Both the position numbers and the translations under genes were made by a program. The notes below the pieces were generated by a model. The model had not been told where the DNA came from. It saw only the letters and a list, made by a program, of their open reading frames with translations, and made no database searches. From positions 1,473,932-1,537,931 of the forward strand of contig RHPI01002090.1 of the NCBI GenBank assembly GCA_009103225.1: 64,000 bases of DNA, read 5' to 3'. The stretch is from Chlorokybus atmophyticus. Its lineage: Eukaryota > Plantae > Mesostigma and Chlorokybus algae. Shown here piece after piece: positions 1 to 19,878 of the stretch (position 1 is its first letter; each line of letters starts with the position of its first letter).

Positions 1-3000
1 AAGCTACACAATCAGTCTCGATCAGGTAAAAACTTTTGCAGAGTTACTAGCATCCATGTAAGAGTTGTTGTCTTTCCATAACTGTGCATACAGCCAACTC
101 CTGGCCACATGCCACAGGGAATTCGCAATGAAGCATTGCTTGTGCTATACCGAGTCATGCAAAGACAGCCAAAAGGTCGCGGCCATGTCCTTCAGGGCAT
201 GGCCAGCTTTGTCGTTCAACCGAGACTGGACGAGTTCCCACACATAATACATGCTACCGTCTTTCACATGGTTGGCTTCCTTCGGTTGTGGTATGCATGC
301 TTGCAAAACCGCACAGGAGGTGCGACCGGCAGTGATACGCGGACTACCATTCAGCCTGTGACTCCAAGTGCAGCTTCAACTGCCGATGGAGTGGAAAGTG
401 ATCGACAAGTCGTCAAAATCGCAGCTGATGAGGTTGGTGAGCTTGACACCACCAAGTTGGAAGCTGTTGGACTCGTGTTTTTATGTTCTCCTGATTGGCG
501 GATCCGAAGAGCTGCACTGGAGCTGTTGCAATGGATCAGGGTTCTCCAGATTGCATTGAGCTCTGACGGTGCCAAAGTGCAAGTCTCAGATGTGCCTCAG
601 ACTTTTGTGATCGACGTGTTGGAAGAATCAGGGGTAAGGGCACCTGCACCCAAAAGTTGCGTGCAGTCTTCTTGAGTTGTTGGCGTGTAAGGGTTGCCGT
701 CTTGCAGTAAACCCAGTTGCGTCATGCCCAAACAAGGCAGTCTACAATGCTGTCGGACCTGCACGGACAGTGCTGGACTGGTGCCTGGTGTCTTTGCTTG
801 TTCGTGTTGAAAGGCACATCATCTTGCATGAAGTGGCTGCCATCCGTTGCCAAAAATGCTGACATGGTAGCATTTTTGGCAACGGATGGCACTTGACATG
901 GCACTATCGTGCAGGCTGACATTCTGCAGCGCTGTTACTGGGAAAGCTCAAGGTGGTCTGATGTGGGACGAGAGTGGCGGGCAATTCCAGATGGTGTCAC
1001 CTTAACAAAGGTCTGCTGCAGCGGTGAACCTTCTGACAACCTGCGGTGGGTGCATTGCCTGGGAGAGCTCGTCAAGTATGTTGCAGAACTGTGTCCAGCC
1101 CCGGTGCAACTCGCAAGGTACCAGCCAGTGGAAAGATTTACGTATACTGCTGATCTTGTGTGCTTTTCTATGGACAAAGGGAAGTGTGTTTGTTTCAAAC
1201 CAGGTCGGAGGCTGGACTTCGGCTGATGACTTTAATGTACCTTGATGGCGGAGCAACAGCCAATGAATCGCGATTCGAGCAATGGCGCAACTATGGAATG
1301 TTTGCCGCTTCTTCTCCGCAGAATGATGCGCCCGTCGGTAACAGGCCTTGACATCACCTGTATTCGTATGCTTATGTTTGTCCGTGTGGCAGTCAGATGA
1401 GCTGGGCGACCTTCACTGCATTGCTGTTTTACAATTATACTGTGCAGGCACCAAAGACTCATTTGGAAGCGTTGGACCTTCTAGTGAGGTTGACAGCAGT
1501 GGCAGCTATGGTCGCAGTAGCAATGGGAGCATTGGAACTGCCAGTAGCGATCTTGGCACTGCAGCTGCCAATGGCAGTATAAGAAGTACAGGTAGCTTCA
1601 ATGCCAAAGAAGGTCTCGGCAGTGCAAAGATCAACATATTTGACTTGCTTCGGCGTGCAATCATTCCAAGTTTGAAAAGTGTGTCGGAAGCACAACAGGT
1701 ACCATAGCTGTATTGTTTGGCTCACAGACAAGCTCAGTACCCCTTCTGGTTGGCTTACGTGCATGTACCATTGCTGTGCAGGCTGCCGCCGCCATGGTAC
1801 TGGGACGCGCACATCCTGACTTGTATGAGGCGTTACTCGCTGAGCTTGTATCGCTTGGTGACGAGGCAGCAGAGCCAAAAGTCAAAAAGGGTTTAGGCAT
1901 CAGCAATGCCTTTTCCAATTCTGCGGTGCGTGTTTGTGCATGTGCCTTACTAGACAGAGGACAGGGCGTGTTATGCTGTAGGCAGTTGCATAGCATGTAT
2001 AGGTGGTGGAACTTGATGACGTGACTAGTGCCGTACACCAGGTTGTTACTTATACTGCGGTGTATCAGGCAAATAAGACACGGACTTCAGATTTCAGAGT
2101 GCAAGTAGGGCACGTGTACCGCATGATGGCTCAGACTGCGTGGCCAGGCATTCTTTCAAGAAGTGCCACGCTCAGATATCGATTTATCACATTCATCACA
2201 GAGTCCATGAAGTACCTTTCCGCAGCACCTGCAGATATGCTTTGGGAACTGCAGCCACTTCGATACTGCTTGTGTGTCGTCACACGGTAAGCACAAGCAA
2301 GCCGAACAGAGTGCGTGTACGCTTTGACTCTGTAGCATGCGCATTCACTTAGCATACTCGTGCATGGTTATTCTGTCTCATTGCTTGTCGCATTCCTTGC
2401 GGCTGCTGTGTCAATGTGCAAGTGCAGATGTCATTTAACTTCATACATATCCTGTGTAACATGCTGCAGCTGTGTCGCACCAATATTGGTGCAATACCCT
2501 GGAGAAGGCTGGAACACAGATCTGCGTCGCCGGCTCTTCTATACGGTTGGTGCTTGGTGTGATGAAGGTGCTGTACAGGGTTGGGGAGCAGATTCCCGGA
2601 AGGAGGCGGAACGTCTCAGGTTTGTACCAATGTAGCACATGTGGTCCGCGCCAGATTGTGATGGTTGCAATCTTGACTCGGCAACAAGATGTCATTGCTG
2701 AATCCTGTTCTTGGCTTGGCAGGAACGCAATGGTGGTTCGTGTCAAGGACCCGAATGAGCGCTCCACGATGGAGTTGGATACGAATGGACAAATTGAGTG
2801 CTTGGAGTGGGCTGCTCGTGAGGCCATGTCTGCACTGCTGTTGGGAGCTGCAGTCGATGATGAGGCTCGGCGACTACGTGGACGGATCGTCACATGGATC
2901 AATAATCTGTTTATGCGCAGCATGGACCACCCTGTGAACAGCCCGTGGAGCAATGTGTCCGGTTCTGGCATGGGCACTCCAAATGCTGCTGGTTCTTTCA

Positions 3001-6000
3001 GCGGTGCTGCCAGCCCTGCAGCCTATGTTGGCGCGCATTCGGGCTTGATATCCGAAGCAGTTGTGGTAAATGATGCCGCCATGCTGGGAGTGTCTCAGAG
3101 TTTCTCCAGGCATGATGGTGCTGGGTCAGGCACGATGCGGCCTTCGATTTTTGTCATTGCCCGTACATCTCTTTCCAACATGGTGCAGACCAATCCAGAG
3201 CTGTTCCCTTTGTGTATCGACCACTGTTACTCTGTGAATGTTGCCATTGCAAGTGGATATTTTTCTGTCGTCGCGGATCTGTTCATGCGCCAAGAGGTAT
3301 CCTGCGATATACCTGTCCTACTCAGCCTGATACTGTTTAAGGCCATTGATCCCAACAAGGAAGTGAGGGATAACGCCTTCCAGATGCTTGAGATGGTAGC
3401 GTCTCGCTTTTGGGCTGCAATTGCAGAGCGACACACAAGGTGGGTTAGCACCTGGCGGTCTGATGGTGGCATCTACTGCTCGCATTGCTTATGCACATGT
3501 AACATGCAGGTTTACAACAGCTGTAGTGGGGAACGTTCCAGAATCGTATCAGCGCTTTCAGCATGTCCTTTCTGCACAGCTAGCTCAGGTAAGCAATGCA
3601 TGTAGGCAGCATTGTGAAGTTGCCATCAGCAGTCTGCACAGGCGGTTTTTGTGGTAACAGCAAAGCATGTGTGCAGGAGCATCCGGAACTCAGTTTGCAC
3701 CTAGTTGAAGAGCTCCTGCATCGACAGCTGGATGCACTGGACAATGCAGCCCAACATCGCATTCTGGCGTGCATAGTGCCGTGGCTGAACAATGTCAATT
3801 TTTCAGAACTCTTGGATTCAGGGTGGTCAGAGCGCCTATTGAAGAGTTTGTACGATGTGACCTCCAAGCAGAGCGATCACTTTGGCACGGAGATCGAGTT
3901 GTTATGGACGACATTGGGCCGGCGTGTCAAGAATGTGGTTCCAATCCTTGACTACCTAGGTTTCAAGTGCACAAATGATTGTGGTTCCTACGCAGCGAAC
4001 GACTTCCATTCTATGCAACATCTGCTCATGGTGGCCAAACGGATAACGCTCTATGTTGCGCGTACATCTCCACAGCAAGCCATTGACCATCTTGTCTTCG
4101 AGTTGTCAGAGGTGAGATGTTCATTGTCTTGTACAGTCAGCCGTTCTGCTGCAGACATGCTTGCTGCGCTGTGTGCATAGACATGCGGGGGCCGGGGTTG
4201 TTGCCAAGCATCTATCATATCATTGTCTTTATGTTGCTCAGCGAGTGAACGAAGGCGACCGAGGTGGTCAAGTTGACAAGCCAGAACACTCTGCAGTGCT
4301 TGAGTTTGGCGCGACATTGCCACCTGCGTCAAAACCAGCAGATTCTTGGCCTGGTTTCTATGCAAGGTCTAGCAGTTTTACAAAAGACTTCATGTCTCCG
4401 GGTGTCAGAGAACTGGAGGCGCCATGGGCGGGTAATGGAGTCCACAGTCAGGAGACACCCTATGAGCAGGCGCATGGTCGGTCAGTGTCTCGCCAGCAAA
4501 CTTCTACCAGGCCACGAAGACCTTCATTGTCCAGAGCAGACATTGCCTTGATTCTCCTTGCGGAAGTGGCTTATGAGCACGATGAAGACTTTCGTGGCCA
4601 TTTGCCCTTTCTCTTTCACCTGGCGGTGGTGGTCATGGACAGTCCCGAAGCCATAATTTCGCAGCATTGCCAGCATTTGCTTCTGAATCTTCTGCACTCA
4701 CTGGTGGCACAGCATGTTGCCGTGCTTTCTGGAGCAGACTTTGCAAGTGAGAATGAGCGTGTTACCACTCTTATCAGGTATGAAACTTGATATGCTGGCA
4801 CCGCCTAGTTGTTAGGCCTTCCATGTATGTTGGACTTTCATTCTATGCCCACTTGCAGTGCAGAGCAAATACAGGTGTGTTTTTCAGGGATATTGCTGCC
4901 AGCAAAGGGAAATCCTTGTGGGCTTATGAGGAAGTCTCTCTCACGGATGTCAACCTTGAGAGCATCAAAGCACTTTCTTCACTTGTGGAAGCGGTAAGAC
5001 ACTGTGATGCACAGCCAAAGCGTGACGTACTTTTTCATGCATAACATATGCATTTGTGCCATGAAGGTCGTGGCTGCAATCCCCTTTGAGGTTGATCTGC
5101 GAGAAAGGTGGGGCGAGGAGGCCTTGCGTTGGGCAGTAGAATGCTCTTCTCGCCACCTTGCATGCCGCTCTCATCAGGTAATGCAGCTGGTTCGTCTGTT
5201 TGCTTCGGCCTATGTCGGGGAGCTTGCTGTGTGCTCGTCAATGTCAAGGGGTCTTCGGGTTTTACGTCGTAGTTGTAGTGCATGGTCAGTGCGCAACGCA
5301 GCTTGCTCAGGTCAAGTGTTGGTTGGCGCATACCTGATGTGTCTTTGCAGGTGTACCGCGCCTTGAAACCTACACTAACCAGTGAGCGGTGCATGGCATT
5401 GCTGCGCTCATTGCAACAGTGCTTTCTCAACCCCATACCAAGCGTACTTGGGTTTGCAATGGAAGTGCTGCTATCGCTTCAAGTCATGGTTGAAGTCATG
5501 GGCCGCGAGAAGACTGTACTTTACCCGCAGTTGTTTTGGGGATGTGTCGCGTTATTGAACACGCGCATGGTGCATCTGTACCAACAGGTGCGCCTGAGCC
5601 GGTGAAAAGCCTGATTTTGACTAACGGGAGACGAGTGCTGACCTCTTGATTGTTGGCAGGCGCTCATACTGCTCACAGCTGTAGTTGATCGCTTGGATTT
5701 TGCAGACAGCACTGTACAGAATATCTTGCTGTCAGCAGCAGATGACACCAACAAGGATGGCAACCTCAACTCACCAGCAATTGAGAAGCCCAACAGAGGG
5801 TTGCAACCTTTGGTTCTTAAGGGCCTAACTTCAAGTGTGACTTTGGAAGCATCAGTGGCGCTTCTTACCAGGCTCACACTTCAGCCTTGTGATGCCATCT
5901 TTGGAAGCGGTGAAACGTGTTTGCTGTTTAACATGCTTGGGCTGCTGCCCTGGCTTTGTGTGCATAATCACCCAAGTCAATCGACTGTGCTTCATTCGCC

Positions 6001-6990
6001 TGCACCATCCACTCCTGTCCGTCAAGCTACCAGTGAACCTGCACCTGCTGTTGCCGATGCAAGGTCACAGACTGTTGCAGCCGCACAGCACATTGCGCAG
6101 GTGAGCGCATCCGCTTTTCGCAGTTCTGCATAGCGTGTGAGTGCCATGCTCACTTCAGCCGATGGTTTCAGCACCAGAGTTTAAAGGCTTTAAATTGGTC
6201 ATGTGCAGGCTTGCCGGTCACGGAACCTGCCAGACTTAGCCAATGCATTTGCGCAATACGCTGCAGGCCAAGTACCTTCAATAGAGGCATGGCTGGAGCA
6301 GGTTTGCCCTCCTCTGTGTAGTGAGTACTTTCCGCAGCAAGCCCCAGCTGCTTTTGGTCTGCTCCATAACATGCTGCAGCATGGTCCCTATGAGCATCGG
6401 CGCGTGGTGCTGCTGCTCATGCACTCCCTGTTCTTGTTTGTGGCTTGGCAAGCACCGCAATCACTGTTTGAGCTGGTGGCTACCCTCGTTGAAGGCCAAT
6501 TCTGCCAAGAAGCACAAATGGTGCTCAAGGCAGCCATGGAGTCCGCCAACACGATGCAGTTGGCTTCAGCCAAACGTGAATCTGCAGGTGACGGCCCTTA
6601 CACGCGTTGACAATTAGTCATGCACCTCATCGCAGTTGTTGCTGCCATCCAGCTATTGTCGCCATGTGTGATTGTTTGTTACATGTCAGCTCAATTATGG
6701 ATTGTATGGCAGAGAGCATGCAAGCGACCGACCTTGCAGACCCTTTGCCTATGGACACGAAGGAGCACTCACGCACATTGACAGCCTTGAACAGAGTCAT
6801 CGACTCATACAGTTCAGGGCGTAAGAGAGAGTACAGGCGCCTGACGCCGTTCATATTCCCTAGTGAAACCCCAATAAGCCCCCCGACCCCTGCACGCCCA
6901 CCGCATCCGCAGCTGGAGAGGACGCGGTCAAATGCGTCTGAAGGCGGAGCCTCTTTCAGCAGTCAGCTTGGTAGTCCTAGTGTTAGATAG
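1..6990 (+). CDS. FRY: Furry / MOR2-PAG1 family cell morphogenesis scaffold, multi-exon, 5' end outside window
   Basis: Exon-sized ORFs with plant Furry-like motifs: EAVGLVFLCSPDWRIRRAALELL, ESRFEQWRNYGMFA, ARTSLSNMVQTNPELFPLCIDHCY, RPSLSRADIALILLAEVAYEHDEDFRGHLP, LRERWGEEALRWAVECSSRHLACRSHQ, VLYPQLFWGCVALL. GT-AG introns; stop TAG at 6988-6990. Confidence 0.9.
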
Positions 6991-7846
6991 TGATAGCAGT
7001 ATATGTATAATGGTTTGCAATTTGAGTTGGTTTACGCCCAATTCTCATCCAGCATGCGAGCAACCAGAAAGACAAGGATGTACATGCATAGACAATTTGC
7101 CAAGCACAAACAACTGTTACCAGCCTGTACTTGAAATCATGCATACGCAAAATCATTGTACTGCAAGGATGCGGTCTTGGCAGCAGCATCAAACCCTGGA
7201 ACAGGTGCTGTGCTTTGGCTTTGGGTCTTGCTAAGGGTACAGGCACTACAGAAGTTCAACCACGAGAAGGTGCTTGCACACAATAGTTTGCGACCAACAG
7301 CTTACCATCTGAAGCTTGTGTGAGCTTGACAATGAAAGTCGACCAAGTGCTGATTTAACTTTGTAGAGAGTACATGTATTTTGTGGGCAACTTACGCTAT
7401 TGTACAGCGGCTGGTGAGTGTGTACCCTGCTTCCTCATCTCCAAACAAGCAGTCACGTGGCTTTACAAGAATGCAATGGCATCAAACTGAATAACGTATT
7501 TGTAAGTTTCAAGCGCTCCCTACGGCATATTGGTGGCCCTACTGTGTCAAACTAAGTTGATGCCGTTTGCAGATTGAGATGTACTAGGTTGCACTATTTG
7601 AATTGTACACTACCGCTCTATACACTTGGTCCTGTTTGGTTGAGCAACTGGCCAACACGCTGAAGCGCAACTCTGCAGGTGTGGGACATTGTATCGTTGC
7701 CCACCCTTCCGCCATCTCTCCTTCACGCATGGCATATTCGCCACAGAGCTCTCTTAGCATGCAGCTGTCAGTTAATGTACTATTCTTGTTTTGGCTGTGG
7801 TTTGTGCATATGTTGCTCAGTGAAGGTACCACTGAGACTTCTATAC

Positions 7847-12273
<4,427 letters not shown>

Positions 12274-12360
12274 GGTGGCGGACAGCTATCCTCCCGCCCC
12301 CAGCTCCACCACCGCCGCCGCTGCCGACCGCCGTGCAGCACTCTGCAGCAGCCTGTTGCA

Positions 12361-12436
12361 TTTTGGCGGGAAAGCTGTCGCCCAGCCTCGAGCCGGATCG
12401 GCAACACTCGAGCTGATCCGGAATGCTGGCGCCAAA
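12361..12436. promoter_or_regulatory. E2F-type sites in the MCM3 / oxygenase bidirectional promoter
   Basis: TTTTGGCGGGAAA at 12361-12373 (reverse complement contains TTTCCCGCC) and GGCGCCAAA at 12428-12436, in the ~210-bp gap between two divergent ATGs. Confidence 0.6.
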
Positions 12437-12482
12437 TGTGACACAACGTCGGCATCGTCGACATTGCGCCTCCTCCAGGGTG

Positions 12483-14437
12483 ATGGCGGCAGAGACGGTG
12501 GCGGGGCGGCATGTCCTCGACGGCGTGCTTACGCATTCAGAGTGCCAGGTGCGTGCACCATACACCCCTTGCGTACACTGCCTGAAGACCCTACTTAGTT
12601 GACGCCCTGCCATGGTCATGCATGGACGGCAGGAGCTGGTGTTCATCAGCAGGGCGTGCGGGGTGCTGGGGTACCGCCCCCACGTGCGCTCCGTCACTCT
12701 TCACGACCTTGCGGCCTCCCGCGCCGCACTCATCCTGCCCATCTTGGCCGTCCGAGGTTGGTGAGCAGAGCGTGGAACAGACGCATGCAAGCGTCTGCAG
12801 CATCGCTGTGACGAATTCACCACTTACAGAATTATATCATGCTGTTGATCAAAGACATCGTGTTAGTTGGGTACGCATTGTGAATGGCATCGAGTGCGTT
12901 GTTCATTGATGGGGTGGTTGCTTCTCCTGTGACAGACAAGCTGCGCGAGGCAGTTGAAGCGCAATTCGACTGCCCTTTCGATCTGCACGTTGAGTTCACG
13001 GGACTCATCAGGTGAGGTGCGCACGCGCATCAACAAGTTCCGTGCGCACACTATGCATTGTACTCGTGGTGTGGTCATGCGGAGCTCAAGTGTACATGTG
13101 TGTACGTGGTGCCAGTGTGGTTACTCAGGTTGCCTCTGTTAGCGCAGCAGTGGCATGTTGAACAAGTTACACTAAGGCATGGCAAGCCCCCCATCATCTG
13201 TTGATGTGGCTTGGCACGGGGGCGCAGTTGGCGGCAAGACTCGTGCATTGGGTGGCACCATGACAGTAACCAGCCCTATCTCAAGCAGCGACACATATCC
13301 GTAAGCTCCTCGTCAAGCAGCGAGTGGTTGTGATGCTTTTCCACATTCAACCACTGTGGCAAGTATGAACGTCCCGCGTGCTTCAATCGCCCGCCCATAC
13401 TGAGTGCGGATCTGTATGTGGGTGGGTTATGGCAGTTGGTGTGCTACCTCAATAGTGTTGGTGATGGCTTCACTGGCGGCAAGTTTCAGTTTCAGCAAGG
13501 AGAGCCTCAAGAAGTGGAACCATGCGCAGGGGTAAAGATTCGCATTCCAGCACCACGACATACATATGTTAAGCATGCTTGACCGTATGCGTGTGCTGCT
13601 GATTGCCAGCGCTCGTTGCAGCGCGTCGTGATGTACACTGCCGGCGAGGAGAACGTTCATCGAGTGTTGCCTGTGAGTCTGTTTGACTGAATGTATCCTT
13701 CAGCAACATACACAAACAAGAGACATGGCATGCATGCTTGCATGCAGGTCTGCAGCGGAGAGCGCTTCACACTTGCAATGTGGTTTACGCGCGACGCAGC
13801 ATTTGAGGAGGACGTCACGTTGTTACCCAAACTTGAAGCCGCGTGTTGTTCAGTCAGCCCGCAGTGCGGGTCTTTGCCGGATACAATGTACCAACAGAGG
13901 AAAGAATCTGAAGCATCGGCGCCAGAGTATGATGACATTCGGTTGGATACGCTGAAAGAAATGGGGCTGATGGTATGTGTGGAAGGCACGCGGGGCATCG
14001 AGCTCACCACATCCTCTGGAAGGCTGCCGTACGTATTCGAGAGCATTGCACATGCCTTGGAGGTAAGTTAATAATCGTGGAAGATGCACTGCTGTATGTA
14101 TGTGCTCGTGCGCGTGCGTACATGTGTTTGTATGTCTGTAGTTGTGAATGTGCATGTGCTCAAAGGAATGCGATGCAGTATGTGTGCGTGTTCGTGAGCG
14201 CAAGTGTGCTTGAGCTTGCTTGGTTGTGCGCAGTTGGCTTGCTTTTGGCAATGGCGCCGCGGCGGGTCGCTGCAAGCTCTCCATGACTGCAGGCATGAAG
14301 CAGTGGCAACAGAGTTAGCAGACATACTCAGAGGGTGGTGGCGCTACAGTGCGAGGTTGCAGCAACAGTTGCACCACAGTTGGGCGGCCTGGAAGCGGGT
14401 CGGCGGCTTGTACTCTGTCACTTATTCAGAAAAGTAG
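12483..14437 (+). CDS. 2OG-Fe(II) oxygenase, prolyl 3/4-hydroxylase-like (plant procollagen-proline dioxygenase-like family), multi-exon
   Basis: Spliced exons MAAETVAGRHVLDGVLTHSECQ | ELVFISRACGVLGYRPHVRS | FDLHVEFTGLI | GWHHDSNQPYLKQRHIS (HxD facial-triad start) | SGERFTLAMWFTRD. Confidence 0.8.
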
Positions 14438-15009
14438 CAGCCCGCCATAAGCACATAAGAAAATGCTAAATGTCATTTTGGTCCGAGATTGTACAGAAGG
14501 CTCCAGGCATATGGCCTGCATGCAAGTAGGCTACATTGTGCACACGTTGACATTGCTTCACAATCTGTGCATACTGCGAGGTAATGCTGTACAATTATTG
14601 ATGAAAACTCCAGTGCCATCCAGCACCCTTGCAATGGCAACAACGCTGTGTGCATTGCTTGAAACAGCCTCTGCAATCTCTATTGCCGGCTTCACAAGAC
14701 ACAGCGCCAGTAGCACTGTCCACCACTTTGCTCTGCAACCAGCACAGCATGCAGTGCCGCTGCGCAACCCTACAGCAAGGATGAGTTTTGACAAACCAAA
14801 AGGTACACAGTTTCAACAAGCTAGAGCATTTACCAACAGAGCCCTCGCATGCCTGTAAACGTAAGGAGACAAGGGGTGCATGCTCATACTGGCCAAGTGA
14901 TAATGCAGACATTGCCAAACGCAGTACAAAGAACTGGCACTGTGGGGTGAGCTGCAGGTCACCATCAAGCATATGTACAGAGCATTGCAGCACAGCAATT
15001 GCAGGCAAG

Positions 15010-16855
15010 TTACAATAGCGTCCTTTTCTTGGAAGAGTTCATGTACGGGCGCAGCACCCACTCGTCCTCGGCCTCCAACTGGTCTAGGGTTCCCAGCTTG
15101 ATCTGCCAGAGGAAGATCCAGTAGCTTTCAGCACAAGCCTGCCATTACACGACCAGCCAACAAGAACGAGGTGTATGTTCTTACTTGGTACAATCTCATC
15201 TCGAAGCGGGGTCCAATCTGAGCGGCAGGCACAACTAAGCAAGCACAACCAACACAACGTGCAGATTGCATGTCAAGCCACATGCACATAGCACAGACAA
15301 ATGTCACACACAGAGCCTACCTCGTTGAGGTCAATGGACTTCACACCCTTGGGCTTCTCATAGACATGGTGTCGGAAAGATATGTAATCGCTTTGATTCG
15401 CGAACGTGATGATGCGCTTGGACTCATCCTTGGGCACCGCAAATAAGTACTTCAAGATGTTCTGCGTTCGCTGCCCGAGCTGTGTGGGGCAAAAGATCAG
15501 TCTTTGAAAAACCAGCTGATGTATTCTCCGAAAAGCATGCGCACCTTTGTGTTGAAGTTGTGAAACACCAAATGCGGCACGGCTTCCGACACAGTGCCAA
15601 TATCCTTCGTGCTCTTGATATCATGCCTTGTCACCTGGCCCACACAACAGAATCCACTCGATAATGATCACACAGGAGAAGAGGGCTACGGGTCAAGTGT
15701 TTCCCTCACTCGCTTACTACAATGTCACTGTTCACATCGAGTCTTTGTGACGGAATGCTTACCACATTTGCGAGTCCAAAGTATGCAGTAGGGCCGTAGG
15801 GCAAGTGGCTGATGACCAGGCCATCCGGCTCCCCTCTATGCTCGTGAACCATGACGATGTCCGTGAACTCGCTGGCCCGACAGGCCTCGACAATCTGCGC
15901 GATAACCTGCACGCAGGGTGACATGTGATAAGTGATAATGGACTAGTGGTAGTGCTTCCAAAAGCTAGCTGCATGCATACAAGCACAGCTGACCTGCCCT
16001 CCCCTGTTGACTCGTTGTGCATTGGGAAAGATGAGCTTCAACTCCTGCATGTCAATGTGGTTAACTTTTCTGCATCACCTTTTGCAGCCTGAACATATGC
16101 AAGCAAGTCTGAGCACACACCTTGACGAATTGAGTCAAGCGGCTGCTGGGATCGCGGGAGGTCGTGAGCAAGATCTTTGGGTCTCGCTCACCGGCACGTG
16201 CGTACTCATCATCAATATGAGTACGAAGCTCTGCAAATGCAGGAGATGAGGAAGTGCAATTTACCACAATGCAAACGAGGGGTTGAAAAACTTATAATAT
16301 CCACCTGCTGTTATCTCGTCTTCCAGCTCGACATCGTGCCTCAGCTGCCCCTCCTCACCGCGAAGCTCAGTCGGGATGGGCTTGCCCTCTGCAGCAAACA
16401 CTCGTTGTATGCAATCCTGCATGCTGGATGATAACAGGGCCGGTCGACTGTTGTCATCACATGCAGACTCAGTTGTGCTGGTTGCACACTTGTATATGCA
16501 TGTACAACCATGTTGCGTGCATTGGGCACGTGAACAGAGCAGCAGCAAAACACTCGTGTCCGGCATCCAATCGAACAATTACTTGAGTACTGAAATGCGG
16601 TAGCATGCATTGTGGAAGAAGAACTCTGTAACAGATTGGTTCCGGCTGAGGTAACTAGTCGTACTTGACAATCAGCTGCTGCCGATACCTTGAGCTGGAT
16701 TGGTGATATAATGACATGAGCGTGCACATGCGGTTGAGGTTACCTTCAAGAGCTTCCCGCAGCTTGCGCTTGCGATCGTAGACGGCCCGCTCCTTGCCCT
16801 CCAAGCTCTTGCGGTACAAGTACTCCCGCCGCAGCCTGGCGTTGCGCCTGATCAT
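15010..16855 (-). CDS. IMP4: U3 snoRNP protein IMP4 (Brix domain), multi-exon
   Basis: MIRRNARLRREYLYRKSLEGKE, DPKILLTTSRDPSSRLTQFVK, VHEHRGEPDGLVISHLPYGPTAYF, RIITFANQSDYISFRHHVY, GPRFEMRLYQ, EWVLRPYMNSSKK; stop TAA at 15010-15012. Confidence 0.95.
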
Positions 16856-17064
16856 CCCCCTCTCGCACCACGTCCACCTCCTCCTCCTCCACCTTATACA
16901 CAAACACCCCCTCCAGCACCCACCTCAGACTCTCCTCCTCCGTCAGTCCCACAGCGCTCCCTCACCACGAAGCCACGGCGGCGGCGGCGAAGTAGAGCCT
17001 TCCGGTCAAGTTTAGCGGACGTTTAGGTGACAAGTGGACTGCGTTCATGACCGAGTTGGTAGAG

Positions 17065-17076
17065 TTTGGCGCCAAA
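17065..17076. promoter_or_regulatory. Palindromic E2F site upstream of DHFR-TS
   Basis: TTTGGCGCCAAA is a perfect palindrome 75 bp upstream of the first DHFR-TS ATG and matches the E2F consensus TTTSSCGC on both strands. Confidence 0.6.
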
Positions 17077-17150
17077 ACCTGCGGCAAAAGCGGCACTGTT
17101 CGCGGCAACGGCAGCGGCGGCGGTGTGGTTGCTGAGGTGCGGGTCGTGGG

Positions 17151-19778
<2,628 letters not shown>

Positions 19779-19878
19779 AGCAGGCACATGTTCATTTCCC
19801 AAGCAGCCCATGTTCTCATTATGTACAATGCCAGGCATCGCCTTGTGTAAAATACTGTATTGTATCAGCATAGTCATG